Source: Oikopleura dioica
Taxonomy: Eukaryota; Animalia; Chordata
NCBI GenBank assembly: GCA_907165135.1
Contig: OU015570.1
Coordinates: 186,001-250,000 of the forward strand
DNA: 64,000 bases
Direction: 5' to 3'
Shown here: in pieces, positions 1 to 10,705 of the stretch
How the letters are laid out: each line of letters starts with the position of its first letter
Numbering within the stretch: position 1 is the first letter of the stretch
Position numbers and translations under genes: made by a program
The notes under the pieces: model-generated
What the model was told of the DNA's origin: nothing
Databases searched by the model: none
What the model saw: the letters and a program-made list of their open reading frames with translations, nothing else

Positions 1-1199
1 CCGTCCTTCACGAATTCCTGGATACCATAAAGGTTGCGATTTTGAGGACTCAGAAAGACTCGGAAGAAATTTTGGACGTATTTGCGCGGAGTCGGTGCTT
101 GAATGCTTCGAAAACGTCGGTTTCTGGGCTTTCATCGCTCGAATAAAATAAGTATTTCAAGATATAGTGGATGTCCGCATCATCAATTTTGCGCAAGCGA
201 CGGCCTTCTGGCTCCTCAATGTTATCCATATCATAAAGCTGCTTTTCTTTTAGCTCCAGCGCTTCTGCAAAATGACCTCTTGTCATGAGTTGAGGGTGGT
301 TTTCTCTTGCGTATTTCTTCGAAATTCTATTGAAATATGAGAGATATTTCCGAACTGTTTCATCAGCGCAGCCTCCGAGAAATTCTTCTGGCAAGCAAGC
401 TGCAAGGATCTGGATTTTTCCCTTCTTCGAAACAGAATGCCAGTGTTTCGCAATATGCGCATTGAAGGAGTTTTCAGGAAGATGAATTGCGCGTGTCTCA
501 TAGAAGATGTTCATTTGATCACTCATTTCGCGCGATACTTTCTCAACCACTTTTTTCTTCGCGCCTCCAAGATGGCTCATTGTTTCTCCAAATGATTCTC
601 TTGTCGAATTGAGAATCTCGTTTTGTTCATCTTCATCTGTTGAATTATCAATAGTCGCTTGAGGAATAAATTCCTGACTGGAACCGGAAGAACTATGCGA
701 AGAAGACGAGGATCGTTCCGTTTCAGAACCAGCCTCAAGTCCTTAAATGACGATAAAAATTTTGCGCAAAATTAAAATGATTACCGGCTAAGTTTTCTGT
801 CAATGACTGCTACGACTCAAAATTTTGCGCATTCTTATTGGCGTCAAGAATCTCTTTTGCTTTTGCGCAAAAATTGTAGTGGAGGAGAAGGTACCCATCT
901 TTATTCAGGTTTCTCTCGCCGCAAAAAGAACATGTTGGTCCTTCTTGGAACTTTACGTGATTTCTGAGAGCGGAAACATCTATCTTCTTTGTTTCTTCGA
1001 AAATTTGTCGTGTTCTCTCGCATGCATTGTAGTGATCGAGAACATCTTGTTTGATGGAACCATGAAGCACTGCTTTTGCTTTCGTAAGAGTATCGCCGCA
1101 AACATGGCATTTTCTCAAGGGTTCTTTCGACGATTTTTTAATGTCCTTGTGACTTATGAAAACCTTCAGGCTTTCGTAATTTTCGAATGGGTACTGCAT
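1..1199 (-). pseudogene. Spliced gene or pseudogene for an uncharacterised protein with two C2HC-type zinc fingers (possibly a transposon ORF); runs off the window
   Basis: ORF 810-1235 has CHVC..HYNAC and CSFC..HYNFC. A 43-nt GT-AG intron (784-742) joins it in frame to the ORF containing 50-580. There is an in-frame TAG at 812-810 and an apparent frameshift near 60. Confidence 0.55.
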
Positions 1200-1975
1200 T
1201 TCAGTCTGAAAGTAAATCGTATAAAAGATGCGCAATATTTCTCTTGGATACAGGCTAAAGATTTAAGAAGAGAAAACGCAATCCTCGTGGGTGCTCTGCG
1301 GAGACGATCGCGCGAAGATGATCGCGCTGGAACAAGCGCGCTGATTTGATAGGCCAGAACCAATCATCAATGAGACAGATTTGAAATATCCGTTTTTGCG
1401 CATTATTTTTAAATAGAAGTATTAATAAATAAATGCGCAAATAGAAAAATGCGCAAATATATTTGTTGCGCAAATTTATTACGAAATAATATTTGACAGG
1501 GTTAAAAAAAGGTTGGAAAAGCGATAAAAAAGGGATTAAAAAGAGTTTTTGATGTCATTTTCTTAATCTACGCCAAAAACTACCCTAAGGCGATGATTTT
1601 ATTGAAAAATTTCAATTTCGAAAGAAAAGGGTTGAAAAAAGGGATGAAAGGGGTTGAAAAGTAGATGCTGACCTAGAGCTCGAGGAGACGATCATTTTCA
1701 TGTATCGCATGCCCCTCTAGCTCAGAGCACGTGGAAATGCGGGCGTAGGAGCGATTCGGTACTTTTGGGACTTCAATCACGTGCGATGACGTCATTATTT
1801 CGAAATTTTCAAGATTTTTTCGGTTTTTCTAGCGTAACTTTTTACGCTCTTTCGAATGAGCCAATAAAAAAGGGGGTAAAAATTTCACTCAGAAATCCTT
1901 ATCGAAAATCGTCTTTATTGATATCTTTTCTAGAAAGGTAGCAATATACCCTCATAAATTTAAGAGCTGAACAAA

Positions 1976-2040
1976 TCAGTGTAGCTGAGTGAATAGTGAT
2001 CCCGCTTAGTAAGCGCTGGGCGCGAGCTCGATTCCCCTTT
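1976..2040 (+). other. tRNA-like (Thr-AGT-like) decayed sequence or SINE head
   Basis: A-box-like TAGCTGAGTGA, 7-nt loop TTAGTAA, B-box-like GAGCTCGATTCCC and a following T-tract; the stems are imperfect. Confidence 0.3.
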
Positions 2041-2378
2041 TTTCTTTTTTTTCCATTCATTCGTGTGTGGTCTCTTGTTTTTTATTGAAAAAATTCTTAT
2101 TCTTATGCACCATCAAATAGACAAAACACCACCAAAATTATTTTTATTTAGTTTTTCCATTGCTTTGGTCAAAAGTGAGAAAGCGGTGAGGACATTTATG
2201 GCTGAGACAACAGCGCCAATTTTTGGCCAAAAGATGTCACAGGGGGTAGAGACATCTTTTTTTCCCGGGCAATGCTTTACTTTCATCGGTAGTTTTCTCA
2301 AACAGAAGTACATTTGAGTATATATTTGAGCACTCAACTTGTCAATTTAATTCTAGGGACTCGCAATCGCAAGTGTGC

Positions 2379-2720
2379 TTAGATCTTGCCGTCTCTACTG
2401 TTGAGCTGAATGTTGTCACAAATAAATTCCCGAAGGCTCAAGAACTGTCTGCATAAACCCACGTTGTTATTGACCTCGACACACAGGTTGAAGATCAATC
2501 TTGGTGCTGTGCGAGAAGGTACTTTACCAGCATCACAACCGGAGATCGTCTCTTCTATGCACTCCAAAAGTCTTGGAAACGTGTTCCTTATGTCCAACAA
2601 CTCTAGCTCTTCGTAAATTTTCGCTCCCAGAGCACACGTTGTTTTTGCGAGCAGCGCTTCCTGGTCATCTACCGCCTCTTCTTGCGATAGGCAAGATTTT
2701 TGAACCATTTGCTCTGCCAT
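2379..2720 (-). CDS. Unknown ORF or exon fragment (113 aa)
   Basis: Coding-like composition; no motif recognised. Confidence 0.25.
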   Translation of the reverse strand: MAEQMVQKSCLSQEEAVDDQEALLAKTTCALGAKIYEELELLDIRNTFPRLLECIEETISGCDAGKVPSRTAPRLIFNLCVEVNNNVGLCRQFLSLREFICDNIQLNSRDGKI

Positions 2721-3043
2721 CCGTCTCAGACTGTACTCTTCGGATTCTTCGAGCTTTTGTATCTCTTCATTGATTGAATTCGGAGTAAGAGGTCAAAAAA
2801 AGAAAAAGAGTTCTTCCAATATTTCCAACGATTATTTTTTGGAAACAATCGAAAACTTTCATTTTCTTTGAATAGCTTTCTAAAGTGATAAAAATAATTT
2901 CAATTGGTCTTGACTATTAAAAAGCCTAAGTCAGGCCTCTGAGATAATTCGACGACTGTTAACTTAACAAAAAAAATTATATAAAAACCATGAAAAAATT
3001 AAAAATAGAGACAATATAAATTTTAACATGAGATGGAGGTGGG

Positions 3044-3463
3044 TTGGGTTGGGGACGAAAGGAAACATTATTAAGCAGCACTTTGGCACTCTGTTTTATG
3101 TTTGGAATTCCGAAAACAATCCGTTTGGATAACCACACTTCGTTCACGTCACCCGAATTTCAAGACGCAATCGGACGAATGAGAATCAGTCTGAGTTATA
3201 CCTCTTCAAGAAATTCGCCAGCAAATGGTTGCTGTGAAAGGCATATAAGATGCATACAAGAGCATCTAAGGGTATTAAATTTGAAAAACGTATTACCTCC
3301 AAATGAAACAATTACCCAGCTAGAACTTCAAGCTCTTCTAGAATATATCTGTTTTGAAATGAACATGACGCGCAGCGAGAAAAAGGAAAATCCTATAAAA
3401 ATTCTTACAGGTATAAAGCCCTATCTCGAAGTATATATTCCAGGTGAACTAAATAAAATATAA
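3044..3463 (+). pseudogene. pol: Ty3/gypsy integrase catalytic-core fragment
   Basis: FGIPKTIRLDNHTSF...PANGCCERHIR matches the second D and the E of retroviral integrase; degenerate sequence continues downstream. Confidence 0.8.
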
Positions 3464-4147
3464 AGCTATAAAATCAAATAAGCAAGGAAAGCGGCTAGCA
3501 ATTTTAAGAAAATCGATTCAAGAAAACTGAAAAAAGAAATAAAAAAAAGCCGAGAAGTACCCAGAAGGAGTGGAGCCTATATAAATTAAGGAAGGAAATT
3601 TAGTAAGCATTGTAAAGCAACCAACTCCAAACAAACCAAAACGGGAAGAACACAAATTTTCAAAGAAAGTTTACCTGGAAGTAGAAGTCTATCAGAAATA
3701 TGGCACTCTTAAATATAAGAGAAAAAAGATTAAATTTCGAAGAGCGATTAAATGAAAACGGAGGTGCGAATAATCAATACAAAGAGAATAAAAGACAGAG
3801 AAGCAGTAATCGAATGTCTTAGAGGAGATATCAAGAATGAAGAGACAAAAGGAATATTACTAATATTATATTAGTCGACATAGTGCAAGAAGAAGCAGAG
3901 AGAAAAGAGGAAATAAAAGAAAAAGAGATGCGAAAACCAAGCCGAATAAATAAAAAAAATACTTTTAGGGTTGACGAACCAGGTGAAGTTAAAAAGATGA
4001 CTCATTAGATCCCGGAAGATGAGGTCGATAATCCTCGAAAGACTGAGAGTGTGGGGTTGAAAAATACACTCTTCCCAATTAGCGTCAATCCTTTGACGCT
4101 CTTAGATTGTCCTTATGGTTATCCACTAGGCTATACACTTGAACCGA

Positions 4148-5370
4148 CTATTTAACTGCTCTACTTACTGTATCTAAGACACTACTAGAACTCTCGACGG
4201 CTTCGTCAAGCTTGTCGTTTACAGTTTCTACCACTTCTTCAAGTTTCTCGATTCTTTTTCTTTCCAGTTCTATTTCGGCAGCAAGAACTGCAGCTCTTGC
4301 TCTTGATTTAGCATAGACAACACCGGTGTATACGTAGGATCCAGCTATGGCGACTCCTCCGATGACTGCACCTCCTGCCATTGCTGCGCGACGATTTCGA
4401 GTTTGCACCGGGCTTTTTGGTAGTCCATTCTTCAGGTATTCTTCAAACGTTATGGGAAAATGCTTCCTTGAACGAATCAAACGGTTGGCGTGGTCGGATA
4501 GGGTTCTTTGGGAATCCGTCTTTCAGGTTTTCTTCGTATGTCAATGGATTCTCGGGATAGGCGTTCTTGAATGAGTTTAAACATTTGCAGCCGCTTGAGT
4601 CGAGCTTGTGCTTCCAGCTCATGGTCAAATATTCCCCATGAAACTTTTTATTACCTAGTCGAATGTCCTGAATCAAGATGGCAATCCTCGGTTGTTTCGT
4701 TGAAGTCGGTTCCGTTTCGGCCTAAGAAATTTGTAGGCTTGGTTTCCAGCAAGTCGTCCTCCCCACAGTCAGCGTTGAGGGCTCTTCGAAATTTCTCTCT
4801 CGGGCTGTCCAGAAGCACATTGACTCTAACGGGAATATCGGCGTCATACAGTTCTTTTCCTCTTTTGTGGACATTTTTTGTCCCAAAATTTTCGAAAAAT
4901 GTCCACAAACTTGGGCAACGTCTTCCGAAAAAATGTCCCATCGAACTCGCTTAAAATTTTTTTTCGAGATTTGAGTACGCCGAATGGTTTTCTAGACTTT
5001 GCATTTATGCTCCTGAAAGACTGACAAAGGCTCATTTGTCTCTAGTTCAACCTTAAATTTTGTTTTTTTTTTCGTAAACAATGAACAACTCGATCTTGAT
5101 TAGCAAGAATTAATCTCAACACAAAAAAAATTGTCTTTTTTATTTCTTTCCGCGAAAAAATGTCCACAAACTTGGAACAGCATCTTTTATAAAGTGTCCC
5201 ACTTAAAGGCCTTACAATGGAAAAAATATCCACAAACTTGGGGTCCACAAAAAAGGAAAAAAACTGTATGTCCAAAGAGGCTCGTTCTCTCGAAAAAGAA
5301 CACCATAAGAATAATCGAAGGTGTAATTGTAGCTGTTAGCCGTCGAAAAAATGATTGTGAGTAATATCAT
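4148..5370 (-). pseudogene. env: env-like class-I fusion glycoprotein remnant, interrupted by a MITE and two frameshifts
   Basis: Signal-like MILLTIIFSTANS; sequons NYT, NGT, NET; furin-type RNRR followed by hydrophobic AAMAGGAVIGGVAIAG and a heptad-like segment. Removing the 4849-5266 MITE restores the frame (WTY-DAD). Confidence 0.75.
4849..5266. mobile_element. Tc1/mariner-type MITE inserted in env
   Basis: TA at both ends; TIR CAGTTCTTTTCCTCTTTTGTGGAC vs GTCCACAAAAAAGGAAAAAAACTG; internal TGTCCACAAACTTG repeats. Confidence 0.75.
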
Positions 5371-6000
5371 TTTGGCTTGTTCTGAATCTTTGACCGCTGC
5401 TGGCTGCATTTAAAGGCTGCTCCGGCGCACTCTTTTCCGCATCATCTGTTATCTTTGTAGGTAATCGGCGGGTCACGGGGTCAGTTGAAGATCAATTTTC
5501 CGGTCGCAGTTGGTTCCAAGGTGGTTTGGTCTGTTTTTTCTCCGAAAATCGTAATTATGACGAAAATGGAATAAGTTTTTCTCCTCTGAGATCTAGTGGA
5601 AGTCACCGACGATGATGTTTAAGGGCTGTAATTGATGAAAAGTTTACAGTAGGTTCCGGCAAGTGGTTTGGGGTGGTCAACTTGAAGCGGTCTTATATAT
5701 ACCCTCGTGATCCCTATGATCTGGGGATTATAAAAATGTATGACTCATCACCATACGAGTTGGGAATAGGATTCTAGAGCCATTTGAAGTTCCAAAAAAT
5801 GAAATTTTTTGTTTTCTCTTTTTGTTAAAAATAAGTGCCCAAGGGGGTTTTAAGGCACGCAGATTTCAAAAAATATTGTCTCAAAAGCGCCCGAGGGCAT
5901 TTTTCATTGATATCAGACGAAAAATATATTTTTTTTCTTCAGAAAAATGATCAAAAACCTTCGTTATTTTCAACGCTTTTTTAACAAATTGCGTTGTGAA

Positions 6001-7073
6001 TTCCCCCCTTCCCTGGCTTTTAATTAAATTTGGGCTTGACGGCCCGAAGGGCCGTTTCCCCCCCTTCCCTGGCTTTTAATTTTATTTGGGCTTGACGGCC
6101 CGAAGGGCCGTTTCCCCTTCCTGGCTTTTAATTTTATTTGGGCTTGACGGCCCGAAGGGCCGTTTCCCCTTCCCTGGCTTTTAATTAAATTTGGGCTTGA
6201 CGGCCCCAAGGGCCGTTTCCCCTTCCCTGGCTTTTAATTTAATTTGGGCTTGACGGCCCCAAGGGCCGTTTCCCCCCCTTCCCTGGCTTTTAATTAAATT
6301 TGGGCTTGACGGCCCGAAGGGCCGTTTCCCCCCCTTCCCTGGCTTTTAATTAAATTTGGGCTTGACGGCCCGAAGGGCCGTTTCCCCCCCTTCCCTGGCT
6401 TTTAATTAAATTTGGGCTTGACGGCCCGAAGGGCCGTTTCCCCCCCTTCCCTGGCTTTTAATTTTATTTGGGCTTGACGGCCCGAAGGGCCGTTTCCCCC
6501 TTCCCTGGCTTTTAATTTTATTTGGGCTTGACGGCCCGAAGGGCCGTTTCCCCTTCCCTGGCTTTTAATTCAATTTGGGCTTGACGGCCCCAAGGGCCGT
6601 TTCCCCCCTTCCCTGGCTTTTAATTTAATTTGGGCTTGACGGCCCCAAGGGCCGTTTCCCCCTTCCCTGGCTTTTAATTAAATTTGGGCTTGACGGCCCG
6701 AAGGGCCGTTTCCCCCTTCCCTGGCTTTTAATTAAATTTGGGCTTGACGGCCCGAAGGGCCCTCCCCCTTCCCTGGCTTTTAATTTAATTTGGGCTTGAC
6801 GGCCCGAAGGGCCGTTTCCCCCTTCCCTGGCTTTTAATTAAATTTGGGCTTGACGGCCCGAAGGGCCCTTCCCCCTTCCCTGGCTTTTAATTAAATTTGG
6901 GCTTGACGGCCCGAAGGGCCGTTTCCCCCTTCCCTGGCTTTTAATAAAATTTGGGCTTGACGGCCCCAAGGGCCGTTTCCCCCCTTCCCTGGCTTTTAAT
7001 AAAATTTGGGCTTGACGGCCCCAAGGGCCGTTTCCCCCCCCTTCCCTGGCTTTTAATTAAATTTGGGCTTGAC
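6001..7073 (+). repeat. ~55-bp tandem satellite, subfamily A (about 19 units)
   Basis: Unit TTCCCCCTTCCCTGGCTTTTAATTAAATTTGGGCTTGACGGCCCGAAGGGCCGT; C-run length varies. Confidence 0.97.
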
Positions 7074-7277
7074 ATAACAGGGAACTTAAAAATTCAAGAC
7101 TGAGTTGATCAATTTCAGTTTTGTCCCCATCCCCCCACACCCATATTTTATGAAATCTGAATCGTTCCAATTTCGAAAATCGTTATGGTTTTTATATAAC
7201 CGGATTCTTTTTCAGAATTCCAAAATAATTTTCATTATTATTCTTTGTTATGATTTATATGATTAATGTGAAGTTTA

Positions 7278-7318
7278 TTGCATATCGATTTCGGCCCTTT
7301 AGACCATCTTCAGTGCAA
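7278..7318 (-). ncRNA. Type I minimal hammerhead ribozyme (Penelope-type)
   Basis: ttgca-CTGAAGA-t-ggtc(taaag)ggcc-GAAA-tcga-TA-tgcaa: intact core, 5-bp stem I, palindromic stem III. Confidence 0.8.
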
Positions 7319-8213
7319 AGAGAACTAGAAAAAGAGGAAATGTATCCCAAACGTAACTCCTCGTAACTCCTTTCTAAGCAAGGAGGACTTTCCCAAGGCT
7401 GAAATATCGTATTTCAACCTCGAAAACCTTAAATATCTTACGATTCCCAACTCGACAAAGAGTGATTGACACTCCTATTTGTAGATTAGAGTCTGCGCTA
7501 TTATAATAAACTTTACATTGTAAACACTGTGCTTGTTCATCTCGCATTATGAAAAGTTTGCTTCCTTTTTCTTTTTTTTGTTTGGCACGACGATTAAATT
7601 TCAAAAATTGTAACCGGTTACAAATTTTTGAGTTTCGAAATTCTCTAGAATGCTGATGATTCATCGTAGACAGCATCCAGATAGCCGAAAATGTGCCTTC
7701 TGCCAATCACTATCGGCTGTTTATTGCAGAAATTGATTATCGTTTATCTTCATAATTTTATAGTCCAGACAAGTTTTCAGTTTTCGCCTTGTTATGACTC
7801 TCGCTTTTCCGGATTTTTTCCATTTTCTAGAATACCAATGAGTCATCGTAGGAATTAAGAAGACTGATAGGAGTGAAGATCGTTTTCCAAGGATTTGTTC
7901 GTGCGTTTAGAATTGCTGGTTTGACTTCTTGAAGCGATTCTTTGTGTTTTCAAAAAGGTGTATATTGATATACACTTTTTCCGAAATTATGTCATCACAT
8001 ACAAATTTTTTCTCCATTTGTGTTCTAGAATCGTTGGGAATGACGTCATCATGCTTCCAAAGGACTCAAAATAACGATCTCTGCGAGATCTTCCGTTTGC
8101 GTGTCTCCAAAATTTCGTAGAATAAGACGATTCTATTCTACAGCATGATTCCCAATCGTCTACGCAAAATTTTTCGGGTTGATGATGAGGTTTCCGCTTA
8201 TTGTACATGCAAA

Positions 8214-10508
8214 TTATGGGAATTTTTCCAAGGTTTTTTCTTTGACGATCTGGATGATTTGCGTCTTGTCCTTCCCTGTGAAATCAACAACGAGTCCAAG
8301 ATGTTTTGTCAAGACTTTTATCTCGGGGATTATCATTACATTGAGGTACAATTTCCTCTCAAGATGGAGTGAAGAATATTTCATGATGTAGATTACATCA
8401 TCATCCTTGTCCCAGTTGGGCCGGTTTTCTGTAATCCATTTAACGATTTTCTCCAACTTTCGCTGCTTTGAAATGCCTCTTATCGCCGACATTTTGGATA
8501 TCTTCACTTTTATACCGTACTCTCGAAAAAATTTGTCGAGAGTTCTTTCTGCTAGCTCGCTAAACTTTTGAAAAACTGGAGAAACTACCAGGCGAGGTTT
8601 ATCGGGCTGTTCTCCATTCTCTATTATCTGGATAATTTCGGTATCTTCCGATGCGATTGTAAGCGTATCGTCTTTGGCGTCTTCATAAACTGTTGCGTTT
8701 GCTATATCCTCATTATCACTAGAATCTTTGTCTTCATCGACGGCATCATTTTCCGTTGTTTCCATTTCATCGCGAATCGAAGAATTCACCTTATCTTGAG
8801 GAGTCTCGATTTCGTTTGTCTGCGGTACGTTTGAATTTGTTCCTATATCTTCAGCATCTTTGCCGCTTCGTAGAGTCATTCTCGAGAGAATCGGCATGCT
8901 GTAGAATTTTCGTCGCTTTCTTTTTTCGGGTGTCGGGGGAGTAGGTGGATCAGGTTTGGCCGCTTGATTGTTGTCGTGGCGTTGTTTGAGTGGTTTAAGA
9001 TGTGAAATATGACGACTGACGTATTGGTTTGTTTCCAGATTGAGCAATTCAAAACTGAGATTTTGTTCTCGAAAAGACGTTATTCTATAGGGTCCGGTAA
9101 ATTTCTTCAGCCTCTCCTTCGGATCGGTATTTTTGCAAAGAACGAGATCGCCAACCTCAATTTTATGAATTTTCGTGTCTTCGCTGGCTCGTTTTAAATG
9201 ATTTGAAAGTATTCTTTTTTCGACGGCTTGAAAGTCAACTTCGTTTCTGGTTGGTCTCGTTTCATAGGAGTCTCCAGGGTTTTCTCCACAAAATCCAGTC
9301 TCGACCTCGTATGGCGAGAGAGTTGTGACAGAGTGCTTCGCACTATTCATCTGGTGGACAACAAGTGCCAAGTGGTTATCCCAATTTTCCATATCACACA
9401 TCATTTTGAGCCTTGACTTTACAGTGCGATTTCGGTTTTCAATTTCGCCGTTAGTTTGTGGGTAAAAGGCTGGTGACAAATTCACTTTAATGCATTTTCT
9501 TCGATCTTATATTTGGCCATCGATCCAAAAGATGATACCTTCGAATTTCGTAAATAAAGGGATCCATTTCCTGCAGTGCCTTCATTTCTTCCGCTTTTAT
9601 TGTGGAGACGGTAGCAGTTACTCTTGCGATTTGACAAAGGCAGTCAGATACCACCATTTCTTTAGATGGTTTAAGAATTGTCTGAAAATCGAAGTCTCCG
9701 ATTTCTGCAACCCACTTAGCTATCTACGATTTTCTGCTCTTTATCTGATGGGCCCAGTTAACACACGAATAATCGGTGAACCAAAGAAATGGTCGTCCAA
9801 GAAGGTAATGAGACCATTTTTCGAAACCCGTTTTCCGGCGAGTAGCTCCTTTTCGTTTGTGTTATAATTTTGTTGAGGTGCATCAAATTTCTAAGAAAGG
9901 TATGCAACTGGATGAAACGATTGATTTTCCTCGGCTCTATAAAGAAGTACCGCGCCGAGACCTTGATCGTTTGCATCGGTTTCGACCGCGTGTTGACCTT
10001 CGTTTGGAGTCGGAATCTTCAGTTTGTCTATTTTTGAAGCTTTTTCTTCCTTCAATTCTTCTAAAGCTTGTGCGGCCTTGTTTGTCCATTTGTAGCCGTT
10101 TCTTATTGCTAACGTTATTTGCGCTGCTTTTCTTGCGAAATGAGGGATAAAATTTCGATGAGAGTTCAGAAGTCCAAAAATGCTTTTTGCTTCATTCTTG
10201 TTTCTAGGGTGTCGTATTTAAAGAACCGCTTTGACATTGCTTGGGTTTGCCTTCCGGAATCCTTCTTCGATAATTGCTCCGCGAAATTTGACTGACGTTT
10301 TCAGCAGCTCGGTTAAAGCAGCTCTTATTTTGAGGTTGATCTTCCGAAGAATCGTAAAGAATTTTTCCAGGGATCGCAAATTATCCTCGTATGTTTTTGA
10401 ATGAACACAGAGATCATCAAGATATATTGCAAGCTCGGAACTCGGAATCTCTTGGAATATTGCATCCATCATCTGTTGAAACACGGCAGGTGCGTTTTTC
10501 CCGCCCAA
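8214..10508 (-). pseudogene. pol: Ty3/gypsy pol fragment (RT C-half, RNase H, deleted IN core, long IN C-terminal extension)
   Basis: YLDD (10218-10508); VETDA and NYNTNEKELLA read between the ORFs; PQTNGEIENRN and FTGPYRI in 8214-9485; several stop codons. Confidence 0.9.
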
Positions 10509-10705
10509 AGGATATATACGATCTTTGAATCAGAAACTATGATTTCACCTTAAAAGAAGCGTAGAAAACAATTTTTTAAATGATTTTTTCCGGTTAAAAT
10601 AAACGTTATTCTGATTGTTAATTAAAAATACCTAAAAACGCTCTAAAGTTGGGATTTATGCAGATGACATAATATGGAAAACATTAACAAAAACGCGTTT
10701 ATGTT

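Larger units (their letters stand above)
5647..7516. mobile_element. Satellite-carrying TA-flanked DNA transposon, copy 1 (one end lost)
   Basis: Starts TA|CAGTAGGTTCCGGCAAGTGG; collinear in reverse orientation with ~51310-53127. Confidence 0.7.

Noticed and set aside
4141-4155. Convergent overlapping stops of the + integrase tail and the - env, suggesting an antisense env
   Set aside because: The env is truncated here and has its own upstream IN-tail-like sequence on the minus strand, so a junction of two fragments is simpler.
6024-6209. 61-aa ORF with repeated GPSGRQAQ
   Set aside because: It is only a translation of the satellite.
6001-7073. CRISPR-like array (palindromic repeats at regular spacing)
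   Set aside because: The spacers are near-identical rather than unique, there are no cas genes, and the context is eukaryotic; this is a satellite.
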